DNA of 64,000 nt from NCBI GenBank assembly GCA_030704615.1, contig CM060734.1, positions 28,830,001 to 28,894,000 of the forward strand, written 5' to 3'. Source of the stretch: Takakia lepidozioides (lineage: Eukaryota; Plantae; Bryophyta). The notes beneath the pieces are model-generated. The model worked only from the letters and a program-made list of their open reading frames with translations, was not told the origin of the DNA and searched no databases. Every line of letters begins with the position of its first letter. The first letter of the stretch is position 1. Below, piece after piece: positions 26,151 to 37,971 of the stretch. Made by a program: the position numbers and the translations under genes.

Positions 26151-28529
26151 CAGAAGAGTACAGGCAGTATCCAAAAGCACCATCGTCCCCTCTCTACTAT
26201 AGTCACCCGCAGCAAACGAGCTAGCTCAGGGATGCCTCGGCGTGAGCGCAGCAGCGCTCACGCCACGTCACCTTGAGCGAATGCCACGTCACCGGGCTCA
26301 CTCCACGTCATCGAGCTTAAATGCCATGTCAACGCACGCCAAGTAAGAAGCAAAGTGTATTTCCGCGGAAGAGCACCTTCAACCGCGGAAACAAGTTGGA
26401 CGAAATAATAAAAGGACGTGGTCATTCCCACCTGAAAGCAACAGATAAATGCAGGATGGATGAATGTAGAGTGGATGAGAAATAGATAGATGTGTTGGAA
26501 CAATGCAAGCAGATGGATGAATGTGGGATGGATGTTGAATAATGGAAAACATTCTTGAATGGAGGATGCACGAATACACAGTAGATGAATGCACAATGGA
26601 TATGACATGAGTGTGAGGGGTTTGTGGGATGGATTCATGAAGATTGACATTTGAATCCGAGTGGATTGTTTGTTTCATTTTCTTTTCTGTCGGAACAACT
26701 GCAGTGAGGCAAGGGAATTCAATCATTTCCGATAACAGAACATTAAAAATGCGAAGTTCAGTCTGACTCAGAGTTAGTACAATGTATCCCCGCGTCCTCT
26801 GCATCCAAGTCCAAGAATTTAAGAACTCCGGATCTACGATGGCTACTCCTGCGATCGGGCAATAAGAAGTCAGGGGATAGAGCCTCGGCCATTTGAAGTG
26901 CCATTGCTTCGGCATAGACAAGAAGCACAAAAATGGAAAGGGGACTGTCGAAAATAGTCTCGGCACAAATGGGGGTTTCTCCTGAAGATCCATCGTTGCC
27001 GTTCCTGTAAGTCACAACATGATAAAAGTTATTACTGCAAATTTGATGTCTGCGAAATTGAACAAGCACCCAAACTGGAATGACAATTCCATGGCCAACT
27101 TACTCACATGAAAAGTCGTTGTTGATCTGCTTATCCTCGGTATCCTCATCATTTCTGATTTGAATTTGTTTAGTCTGTGTGCCAGACGTAGAGCCAAACA
27201 CAAGAGGGAGGAGGACACTCTTGAATAGTTCGGTGTCGCCCTCCATGCCAAAAAGGCTTCTCCCGCCAACCTTGCAAGCACGGTAAGTCGCACCTGCCAA
27301 AACAAAAAGCCTCAAGAAGGTTGTAGAGGATGCAAAATCGGATGCAAACTGGAAGACCTCGAAAATGGGAACAGTATTGAACCAACAAACCTGTGGATAG
27401 TGTGAAGTCAACCACCCTTGCAGAATGGTGGTTGCATGACTCCAAGAGCATCTGCATGAACACTGGGGTTCTCTCCCTTGCACCTCTCCATGGAAACCTA
27501 TCTGGTCTTTTGGCTGTCTGACTGGAGTGCATGAAATTGTAGAGCATGTCATCCACATGCGGTTCATATGGGGGGTTGATGAAACACCCCTGGTCGGAAA
27601 TTTCAAAGCTGCGAACGGAGGATGGTGTTCTGGAGGTGCGAATCTTCCTCAGGCAGATTGCCTCAAACATCCTTGTTTGGCAAAGATGCAAGGTAGGGGT
27701 GAGACATGGAAATATTAAAGGAAGTCTGGCGCAGGAAGGAACAAAACATGGACTACAAATGAAAACTACAATGGAATGTATTTGTGATGGAATGTATTTG
27801 CCGATCATCACAGATGGTGGTAGAGCAAGCCAGTAGAAACAATTGAAAAGACATTGGGAAACAGTACAGAGGAGGGCGGTGCCATACCAGCTGTCCAGGG
27901 CAACCACCTTTCAGAAGGTACAGGATGTTCACACAATTCCATGTCCTCAGAATTTCAAACCCAGACGACTTCAGGTATGATGCCAGTCCCCTATGACTAT
28001 CCTTGTCACATGACTGGAAGAGCAAAAGCGTTCCTGCATCTGAAAGGAAATTATTGCAGAACCCGAATACCCAACTCCAGTAGTTCTCATCGAATCTGTT
28101 CCAGGATGGAGTCTTTCCCTTTGGAGGAACGTCAGGGAGAGGCTGGCCGTCTGGGATGTCAAGGATGACCATGTCAGCGGCAAAGGTTTTTTGAACACCG
28201 CATACGAATGAGGGACCAGTGCTCACCTGCAGCATACAGGTCCAATTTAAATACAAACAAAAATGAGGGTCCCAACAGAAACCAACATCTATATTGGCAT
28301 TGATAATTTTGAAAGTCCCATGTGAAGAGAAAGATTCTTACCAGATTAAGAAATGAAATCATGTTATCCCAAGTCGGTGATGGCACCCCCGAGTAACCTT
28401 TTCTCCGAGTCTCCATCATCGCTAGCCATCCCTCATTCACAATCTTGATCTGCCCTGCCAAGTCCGCACGGGAAGGGTGTGGCTTGGCATCGAAAACGCA
28501 CTCAATAGTGTGGGTGTACCTCCCAGCTG

Positions 28530-28640
28530 TCTCATCTTTCTTTTTGTCCTTCTCCTTGTCCTTCTCTTTCTCCTTTTCCTTCTCTTTCTTCTTCCCCTTC
28601 TCCTTCTCCTTGGACTTCTCTTTCTCCTTAGTCTTCCCAG
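28530..28640 (-). repeat. Low-complexity (K/E/D)-coding tract inside the accessory gene
   Basis: Reads KTKEKEKSKEKEKGKKKEKEKEKEKDKEKDKKKDE. Confidence 0.9.
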
Positions 28641-29058
28641 GTGACTTGGCTACTACCTCCGGAGCCTTTGGATCTTTCACTTTGCGACCCCCCTTCCTGC
28701 CTTTCTATTGCCTGCGCGTCTGGCTCCTTGGCGGCCAATGAAGCTATGTTCCTCTGGTACTCTTTGTCGTTCAAAGGTGCCAGCATCTCCGCATGGTTGT
28801 TCAAATACTTCATTTGCTCCTCTTGAAATGTCGTGTGCTCTGGAGGGCAGTCGAGGTACCATCCACAGTCCCTGAAGTGGGCATGACTCTAGTCCCTCAA
28901 GATACCAGCTGTGTACATGGTGGGATCGTTGGCGGGGTCGGACCACATGTCCAGGTAATCTGGGATTCCACTCAGGTGTTTTCCTTCCATCAGCACATAT
29001 TTAGTGTACCTGTGGAGGCTCAAACAAACACCACCCCCAAAACAAGATATCAAAAAGC

Positions 29059-31750
29059 ATGATCGGTGGCGATCATCACTTTCACATGAGAGAGAATGCA
29101 ACATGGGTTGGCAAATCCTTATGATTATGTAGACTGCACAACTGGGAAATGTGATGATCGGCACCGACCATCACTTCATTCATCAGAAACAATCTGCCTA
29201 TGATAACAGAGGCAGGATTAAGAATGGAAACATGGACATGATCTGTAGTATTCATTTGTTTGACTGGAGAATATCCAGAGTAGTGGAAGTGATAATCGGT
29301 ACCGACCATCACCAAACTGCTGTGTAGCAGAAAAGAAATATTAAGTTTTTCTCAATGAGGCATGACAAAATTTCAAAGATTGTGATGGATAGGCTTAAGG
29401 TACTGCACCTGTACACAACACGCATCATCGCCTACTCCCCTCCAACTTGACTGTCGAAATCGTTCGACCTCAATATGTTACCATCCTTGGAGAACTCGCG
29501 GAAGAAATAGTACCGCCATGTGAGACCTTTCCACTTTCTAATGTACGCCTCCAAGGTCATCTGTGGTGGTGAGACCATCGAAATATTCAAGTAATTCAAA
29601 TTCTGCTCCAGGACAAGAATGACGCGTTTTCCAACTGCAATGGGAACATCTATCAGAATTGCGCATGACAAAGCTATAGGATAATTCATGTACAATAGGC
29701 ACTTGAATCCACAAATACCTGACTCCAAAATGTGGCCTTGTGAAGCCACTGATAAAAAACAATGTCACTTATTCCCTCGACCTTTGTGCCAGGCTGGATT
29801 GTGCTTTTTGGGAACTGATTCAGATCCTTCACTGTCTGATCCGAGTTCCAAATCTCAAGCCATCTAACTTTTGTCTGGGGGTCGACCATGGAGAGAGCCA
29901 GCCTGTGCAATTTCTCCTGTTGCATCTCTGGATGTACATGCTTGTCGTAGTGGGATTTGATTTGGAGAATGAACTGCTCCCCAAGTCCGGGATCCACTAT
30001 TCTCAATTGCTTCAGGAAGGCGGACATCAGCTTCGTCCTCCTTATCTCGTACTCCTTCTTTATGGCTGCTCCAACACCTTTAGCAGTCCTCAACTCCTCT
30101 GCTGTAGTGCGGTAGTACTCAGATTTCCCCCTTTCGGCGGCCTCTGCCAATTCTTGCTGCATGTAACAACAATTGGATTAGAACACATACGATTATAAAT
30201 TTGTATTGAAGAGGATAGGAAGAAGTGGGTTGGGCCATACCGCATACATGTACTCCAGAAATGCATCTCGGGTCAACGAGTACCAGGTCCCTGCAGCTCT
30301 TCATGTTTCGCACTTCTTGATTACATCAGGATGTAGCACTGTGCGGAACTCATCAAGCTTCATCAAACCAATTCTCTGAATACAAAATAGTGTGTGGCAG
30401 CTCGTAGTAACATGCGATTTCTCTGTCAATCTGCAAACAGGGAATACACATTGCATAGTTATGAAAAATTTAACGATTGGACTTGAAATGCGCACAACAT
30501 GCAATTTGAAAGGCAGTGGGGTTTTTAGGATGTCCTACTTGTTCACGTCATGCATAGTTGTCAGAAGTCTCGTGATGTCGTTCCCAGGATCCAGAACCAT
30601 TGCCTCCACAGCACAATGCTTGTCCTTGTCTTTTGAATGGTGTTTCGCAATGTACCCCATCCAAGCTAGCAGGTGATGGTTCCCATCCCAGACATAGAAC
30701 ATATGGTTGCAGAACTGTTGGGTGTTATGTCCAAGTAGCAGAGAGTCCTCGAACTTGTCATTCACATCCTTCCAGCAATCATCCCAGTTGTCCGTTATCT
30801 CTGGGCTCACTTTTGTGCTGTGACCATTAGTATCCTTCAATGAGACGTAGAAAACTTGTGCACCCATTCTGTACCCATGCACAAAATCTGTTTCCAACTT
30901 GGTAATGTCATGCGAAAGTGGAGGACGAACAACAGGCATGGAGATCATCCGGCAGAGAGGGATTTCAAGACGTCCTCCAGAAACGATCATGTCCCTAATA
31001 ACCTCCTGGGAATTTACCTTTTGATATGACATAAGTTCTTTCACCTTGTCAAGGTAGTGCAATTCAGGCTCGTCTGTGTCTTCGCTGTTCTCAGAACTCT
31101 TCGTGGAGTCGTCCCCTTCTCCAGAGCCCTTTGCATCTGTTTCTCCCTGCTTAGACTTTACATTTTTCTGCATACCCAAAACCCACAAGAGCAACATTCA
31201 ACTGGTGTTCTGGAAACAAACATTTTTAAACAGTGATGATCGGTACCAACCATCCCTTTGTCTTCTAACAAATGAATGGAAAATTTAGTTGGTTTCCCAA
31301 TGCACCTTGACTCAGTTCTCACTAGACTGCGATGATCGGTGCCGACCTTCAGGATGATGCAAGCGATGATAGGTACCGAACATCACAACAAGACAACACT
31401 GGGATGCATACACCCATGAGGTCTGAATGTGATGGTCGGCACCGATCATCACTTTCCTGAACGACCACGCCATTTCCAAACTGGTCTGAACAAGAAGGGA
31501 ATGGACCTTAAAGCGATCATCGCTTCTACGTCATTGCAAGATGCGACTTTAGTTTCCTGGCACTCTTGCATCACAATGAAATTGGCATTTTATGCTTAAA
31601 TAAAGCAATGGCGAAGGTGATGGTCGGCACCGATCATCACTTTCGCCTTGAAACGTATACTTTCCTGTCTGCCTGCCTTCCTGAATCTGTTGAACTACAA
31701 CACCAACTACATTCTTCTGTAAAGCGATGATCGCCACCGATCATCGCTTT
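29059..31750. repeat. Nine dispersed copies of the ~24-bp palindrome GTGATGRTCGGYACCGAYCATCAC, all in introns of the accessory gene
   Basis: Copies at 29059, 29151, 29289, 31233, 31329, 31363, 31429, 31611 and 31721. Confidence 0.9.
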
Positions 31751-33093
31751 TCTCACATCTGGGGACCATCAGTAACGAGGGAGAAGTGCGTTTGAGACAA
31801 CTTACGGATCCCTTCGCCTTCTTCGGCTTCGTGGCTGCATCGCTCGGATCGCCCTCTTCTGCTTTCTTCTTCCCTTTTTCATCGGTCTGAACACAAGATA
31901 AACCGTGTTATTGAATTCCACTTGGAATGAAGAACACCAAGTCTAATGAAAACAGTAGTATGTGGATATGGAGTGCTCACCATTTGTGTCTGATGTAGGG
32001 TTTGCAGACTTCCTCCCTGTATGGCGTCCACTGCTCCTCCCCCTGTTCTCTTGTCTTCGGGCATGAACTCGGCTGGCACTGTCTGGTTACCTACGCTCAC
32101 TGCTCCAGCCGTCGCTACGACTGCGGCGACCTCACTCTCACTTCCCACATGCTCTTTTGCTTGACCTGTCTCCAAGTTCACATGCTGCCTAAGCGCTACA
32201 CCATCTTGCATACGACGCCTCGTCATTTGCTGTCTTGATCTCAGTCTCTCTCTAAGCGATGTAAAATACAATGACTTCCTCCTCTTCCGAACCGAACAAG
32301 GAACCCTCTCCAGCTTGACTGCCTCTCTTCCTCTAAGTGCTGAAACAAGAAAGATGAACAAACTCGCTTTCTTGCGCGGTTCCGTCCTTTTGGGAGTGTC
32401 CCTGGAACCGTTGGATTCCCTCTTGCGTGTCCGATACTTGAATGTACGTTTTCAGTGAAAATAGCGTAACCTAATTGGGACAGTTGTTCCTTAACACGGC
32501 TGTTTTGAGTTGTTGGCGTGTGTAAACATAAAATGGACATGTGTCTTTTTTGTGACGGCTTCATTAATATCACCGTTCATCGTCATGGATGAGGATTCTC
32601 AAAGTACTTAGCATGAGGCCTACTAAGGATTTCACGGAATATGCGTACGTGGAGAGTTCTGGGCCATTTCATGCATAATCTTGAAAGCATCAACATGATC
32701 AGACATAGTGAATCTAGTCATGGCCTGACAAATGATCTAAGTACTTCAATTCTCTTCCCATCATCCCTGCATGGGATCCTCAGACTATCTTCAAGGAAGT
32801 CGGCGGGTTTTTATTGTTTTGGGGCAACCCCCAGAACTTGATGGATCATCTGTCAGCATTGCTCAGAAGACAATGCAGACTGCAGGTCACATACGTTAAT
32901 TTGACGGCGGATTGTCAGGAACCGTCCCCCGTAACTTCACAGGTGATTAGATGGAATATCAGAATATGCACAATCTTCAAGGAACGGGTGCTTCCGCCTC
33001 ATTTCATGTGCACCCAGTGTTGTGCAAAGCTGAATCATCTGATTTCGCGAAGGAGCAGCTCAGGAAAAAGAACCCCCCGCTCGGGGACATAAC

Positions 33094-35690
33094 ATGGCTT
33101 CCTCCGAAGCAGAGTTCTTTTCTGATGACAAACCAATGCCTTTCTCCAAAGAAGCCCTTGACAATGGATTTGCAATTGTTCTGGAACATGTCTTGGCTAT
33201 CCGGTTTGAGCTTCAGAATGGTTCCATCTTCTTGGAGAAAGAGGTGTACGATTTGGACGGGAAGTTGTTGAAATACTCTTTTCAAAACCGTGATGAGACG
33301 GCTCATGTGAGCCAGTGGAGAGTGTGCCCTGGTAGATACAGAAAAGGTGATTCTGTGGGGACTAAACTTGACGGTGTAGCATTGGACGTTGTCATGGATC
33401 ATTTCTCCACTTTGAGTTCACCTAACATTCGGCATCAGATCAATGCATTGAGAATGGGCTCTGGGATCAGAGGCTACATAGACAACATTTTGGAATTGAA
33501 ACGACTGAGCAAGTACGATTACATCCAGGACAATGTTTTTCCAAGTCAAGATGCCATCAAAGTATTTCTTTTCAAAATGTTGACTGCTGGGGAGGGCAGT
33601 GGGGTTAGCCTCGTGAAGCGGATGCAGAAGACTGGGGATCTGCAAAATTGTTTTCTTATGTTTGATCATGTGAAACGAGTGAAAGATTGGACGACAATGG
33701 CTTGTCATGTCTACGATCCAGTGTACCAACGAGTTATGACAATTGCAGTTTGTGACATGCAATCCGAGGATACAGAATCCTAGAATCTCATGTGGAATTC
33801 CCTGATACGTGTTATGGGCTACCATGGGGTGCCATCTCCAAATTTCGCTGGTTTCATGGTAGATAGTGCTCAGGCGAATTTCAATGCTGTTCGAATTGTC
33901 TTCGGATCAGGCGACCCAAAAGTGCCAATGCCGAGAAGAGAGCGTACATGTCTATTCCATTAGACACAATCTCTGGAGAAACATACAAAGTCGGACATCA
34001 AACCAGAGATGCAGACACAACACCGTAAATTGTGCAAAGAGTACAAAGATGCTAGAACAATGAAGGAGGCGGACACTTTGTTCCAGACAATTCGTGTCTG
34101 GTGGTTCTCTTCTGGAGCTGCATCGCTTGAGAGTATGAGAGCATTGGAAGATTGGCTGGCGTTTTGGCACTTCCGGTACAGACAATGGGGAGCAGCCATG
34201 ACAATGGTGCGAGGCTTCTATTGCTTGCTTTATTCATACATTTACTTTCCAAATTTTGCTCTCCTTGCTTTCTTTATGTTGTTCCCTGTGCACTGTTCTG
34301 AAGTGTGGTTCTCCACTTTGCAGAACATGTCCATTGAGGAAATGACAGATATGCCATCTTGCAATTTGGCAGAGACTGTGCACAACGCATGGTTGCAACA
34401 GTCTGGGAAACGAGGTCGGGATTTGTATGTGGCAACAACAGATGATCTGATACGTGCCTTGCAACAACAAACCAGATACCGTGATTTCTTGCGAGGTGGG
34501 GTTGGTGGCAAGGGTCCGGACAAACTGGAGTTGATGTTGCGTGCTGCAAGCAGATCTGGGGATCCAAGCAAGATAGCACGGGTGGTGAGCATGTATGCCC
34601 AGGGAATGCCATTTGTTTCTAAAGTTCCACATCTTGAAGGGGAGGAGAGATTCGGCTCCTGTAAGAGGAAATTGAACACCCCACCTGGTTCGGATTCCGA
34701 TTCGCATAGGTTAAACCGTGATAACTTCTCGAAGCCTCGTGTTCCCCTGCATGACAGATCCATGTCCGGAACCTCCATTCTGGAGGAACCTCCGGTATGA
34801 CGACAGGCTCCAGCATCAAACAGTGCCACTGAAAATGGTGCAGGAGAGAAACTACCCCCTTGATGTGCTGGAGTCCGCATGCCCTGACCATATTTGGCAC
34901 ATAGAACGCACAAGTGCAAGGTCTCGTGTGAAATGTACAGCGATCAGGGCAACTAATTTCGAAAAGTACACTTCATCTATATCCAGAGGCGGTGCCCGGA
35001 CTCCTACTCCGACTTTCACGGGTTTGATGCGTCCATACGGCCAACCAGAAGCCAAGAACCACAAGTTCTGGTTCTGCGCAGACGATTGTGGTAGATGTGT
35101 GCATGGAACTGTGCGTCCTTCCGTGGTGATGAAGCCAGCTCCTCCAACCATTTGGCCCGTCAAGGTGGGAACACATCTCACAAGTCAGGAGATTGCAATG
35201 CTGGAGGAGACAGGCTTTTCCCTTGCGAGACAACCCCAACTGCATGCATGTGCTTCTACTTCTGCGTCCTCTCGGGTCCCTCCGGCAAATCCTCACTTGT
35301 GGCCAACCAAACGAGATGGAAAGCTGGTTCGGCGTTTCCCTCCAACCGCTGAACACTTCGGCAAAGTGGAGTCCGCAAGAATGCTCCAAGCTCGTGTTGC
35401 AAGCACCACGGAAGTGCCCGATCCAGGATATGGTCGGGTGAACACAATGATCACTTCGACATCTGCTGTTCATGACAGGGCCTACGATATCACGGTTTCC
35501 AATTTCCCCAATTGCACATGTCCTGATTTTGTGAATATGCTATCAACCAGTTTGGGCAAGAGAGGTAAATTCATACCCTGCAAACATTTGTATTTCATAT
35601 TTTTGCGATCCCAAACGTGACAACTTCGTTTACCAGGCCACTCTGAGTTCAACGAGGTCGATACTCTATTGCAGCAGGATACAACACATA
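33094..35690 (+). pseudogene. MULE-type DDE transposase with C-terminal SWIM zinc finger; intron ~34207-34323; premature stops
   Basis: D1 in FLMFDHVKRV, D2 in GFMVDSAQAN, CxxH in TCLFH, E in CNLAETVHN. SWIM motif YDITVSNFPNCTCPDF...CKHLYFIF. TAG stops at 33781 and 33961, frameshift near 34790. The true start may lie upstream (~32700-32950). Confidence 0.85.
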
Positions 35691-36386
35691 GGTAGTATCA
35701 ACTATGCAATGTGGTATGTGGACGACCATGCTATGAAATGTGTAATTTACAACATTGTCATGGAAATTCAATTCAAATCAATTCGTTTGCAACATCGTCA
35801 GCGGTGCAATGATATGGCGTCCCTTATCCCTCCATTATGCTTCCAACTATATTGAGTGAGCTCTGAGTGACAACTTTTAAAGCACATGCATCATTGCACC
35901 TTTCGAAGTTTACATGTTTTCCTGTCGCTATGCACTGCAATCATCTTTTGAAGATGATCCTAACTCTCATTGTTATTTGGGGAGGGAGCAAGGTCTTCCA
36001 GTGGCAGCCTCTATGGCGCACACTTTGTGAGGATATTTTCTCGTCCTTGTAATTGTAAAAGTGAAACAAACATTTGTAATTGCACAATTTTGGATGCTAC
36101 AATGTAGGCCTCATGGTAGTCTTGATTGTATTCAGCCAAGGATCCCCTGCATTAATCCCACGGTCATAGGACTATCCTCGGTTATAGGCGGCGCATGTTC
36201 ATGCTGACGTGGCAGATGACGGCGCAGTGCCACATCAACATTTGTTGCCATATGAGCCTGCTGACATCACGCTCACGCCACGTCACTCCTGCGTGAGCGT
36301 ACGCTCACGCGCAAGGCTCACGCCATTGCGTCGTTGGAGCTAGCTCACTCCAACTCGTGGCACTCCGCTCCGCGTCCACAGCTAGT

Positions 36387-37971
36387 CACATGAAGGATTA
36401 TGACATGGACATCCGCCAGGAAGAAGGCATGGATGTTAATGACATGCACCCCTCCGACGAATTATTCTTTGCAACAGATAACGCTTATCAGGCCCGTTCC
36501 ACACAGAGCCCTGCGAAGGTCAGCACTGAGTAGACTCCAGCAATTCAAGCCATCACCACCCCGTCGTCTGCAACAACACCCGGGAAACGGCGCGTCCCAC
36601 CTCAAACTGCAAACACCTCGCCAGTACAGCTCCCAGCCACCACCCCCCACTCCAAGCGGTCAGCTAGCGAATCCAACAGCGAGGCTGGTAGTAGCCCAGC
36701 TGACTCCAAAAAATCCAAAGGCACTGGCACACCAAGCCTCTCAACACGTCGTGGCTCCCTATTTCTCTCCAACATACAGCAATACTGGATGGGTTGCCCT
36801 TGGTTGCTGAGGACCACTCCTCGTTTGAACTCCGACGCATTGGCCTCTGCAACTCGGAAATTCACGAAATGCGCCACTGCCCCAAGGCTTACCCGCACGT
36901 CCCCCAACTACACTACCCTTCAGTGAGGCACGATGGACGAGAAGGCCAGTCTCTCTCCCTCACGCAGCTCCCCAAAGGCACCCAAATTGACCCCGTATCG
37001 GGCCTCTCAGCTTCACCCCCGTATATTCTGATTCGCTTTGATAACGACACCGACATGCCCAAGGAGCAAGCGCTCTACCGGGCCCGCAAACGCCTTGAAG
37101 TCATGAACATCCCACTTGGCAAGGTCCTCTACTCTCCGATCATAGCCTACACCAAGTGCGGGAGTAAATTGTGGAACGGCTTTCTCAAGGTGGAGCTACT
37201 GCACCCAGCCACGGACGGCATCGCACTTCTCCAAGGCAACCGCGCATTCGTCATGACCATGGCGTCCGGGGAGCAGATGCAAGGTAAAATCGAAAAGGCA
37301 TATGAGCTTCCCGCCTCACCCGACCACCTCTCTCTCTATTTGGCCAGTGATATCCTACTTGGCAAAACAGCCAGCAAGCTAACCATGCATTTCATCATGG
37401 AAACGCACCAACATGGAGACAAATTCGAAATCGTACAGGTTCAGAAGACAGGCCCAACATCAAAGTTTTGTTTCATCTATCTTGTTGCAGCAGACTCCAA
37501 ACAATGCATGTTATAACAAGGGGTGCGAATTGAGCTTACGTTGATCAACCACAACTACGAACACGACGCTCCAGTATGACTGGTATCACTGCAACACCAC
37601 AGGAGGCCATTGCGGAGCGCAATGCCCTCACCCCGGTGGCAAAAAATCTCAACCCACTTTATTCACAATCGGCCACAGAAGATGCCCTCTATGATATATT
37701 TGGCAAAGACAACGCTGAGCACATTCATTTCAACTCAATTGACAGGATGGAGAAAATTCGGCACACAGGGATGGCTCTAATCACCTGCAAGAACCCTAGT
37801 GTATATGCCCAATGGTGCAACCGTCCGCCAGTCCTAGTTATTGACAGACTCATCAAATTCGAGCCTCATGCACCACTTGGGTTCGAAAGTGTCTCCTCGT
37901 GGACTATGCGTCATTACAAAATTCGAATCGTCAAGGGTACGCCTGCCGTCCGAAAAAACAAACATCATTAA
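36387..37971 (+). mobile_element. Degenerate ORF of probable retroelement origin (ORF1-like); the MULE target site lies just upstream
   Basis: Broken ORFs 36387-, 36794-37516 and 37576-37971. Ser/Thr/Pro-rich N-terminus, no introns, no recognisable host-gene motif. Confidence 0.35.

Larger units (their letters stand above)
26758..32230 (-). pseudogene. MULE accessory gene: spliced ParB/Srx-like domain, helical region, K/E-rich linker, then a beta-class N4/N6 DNA-methyltransferase-like domain (some stops and frameshifts)
   Basis: Approximate exons 32230-31981, 31885-31806, 31168-30537, 30430-30241, 30157-29454, 29008-28341, 28226-27885, 27646-27391, 27294-27105 and ~27004-26760, with GT-AG borders. 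ParB-type motif MFYVWDGNHHLLAW at ~30670-30700. MTase motif IV-like ADMVILDIPDG plus FCNNFLSDAGTLLLF at ~28170-28020. Motif X/I-like PWRGARERTP..MQMLLES....ARVVDFTLSTG|ATYRACKVGGRSLFGMEGDTELF at ~27500-27220. Confidence 0.72.
26227..36336. mobile_element. Complete Mutator-like (MULE) DNA transposon, 10.1 kb, with two divergent genes
   Basis: 9-bp TSD GAGCTAGCT at 26218-26226 and 36337-36345. The 21-nt imperfect TIRs align without gaps: CAGGGATGCCTCGGCGTGAGC versus (rc) CAACGACGCAATGGCGTGAGC. Shared subterminal GCTCACGCCACGTCAC and CC(G/T)CGGTT motifs. Internal DDE transposase. Confidence 0.88.

Noticed and set aside
26218-26265. Helitron 3' end (hairpin plus CTAG), also at 36290-36345
   Set aside because: The CTAG lies inside a 9-bp direct repeat present at both ends (the TSD), the ends align as TIRs, and the element encodes a DDE transposase rather than RepHel.
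27560-27585. NPPY peptide (FINPPYEP) as the canonical MTase catalytic motif
   Set aside because: It is not conserved in copy 2 (aligned region VDSSCDPV) and lies in the variable target-recognition region. The conserved LDIPDG occupies the motif IV position.
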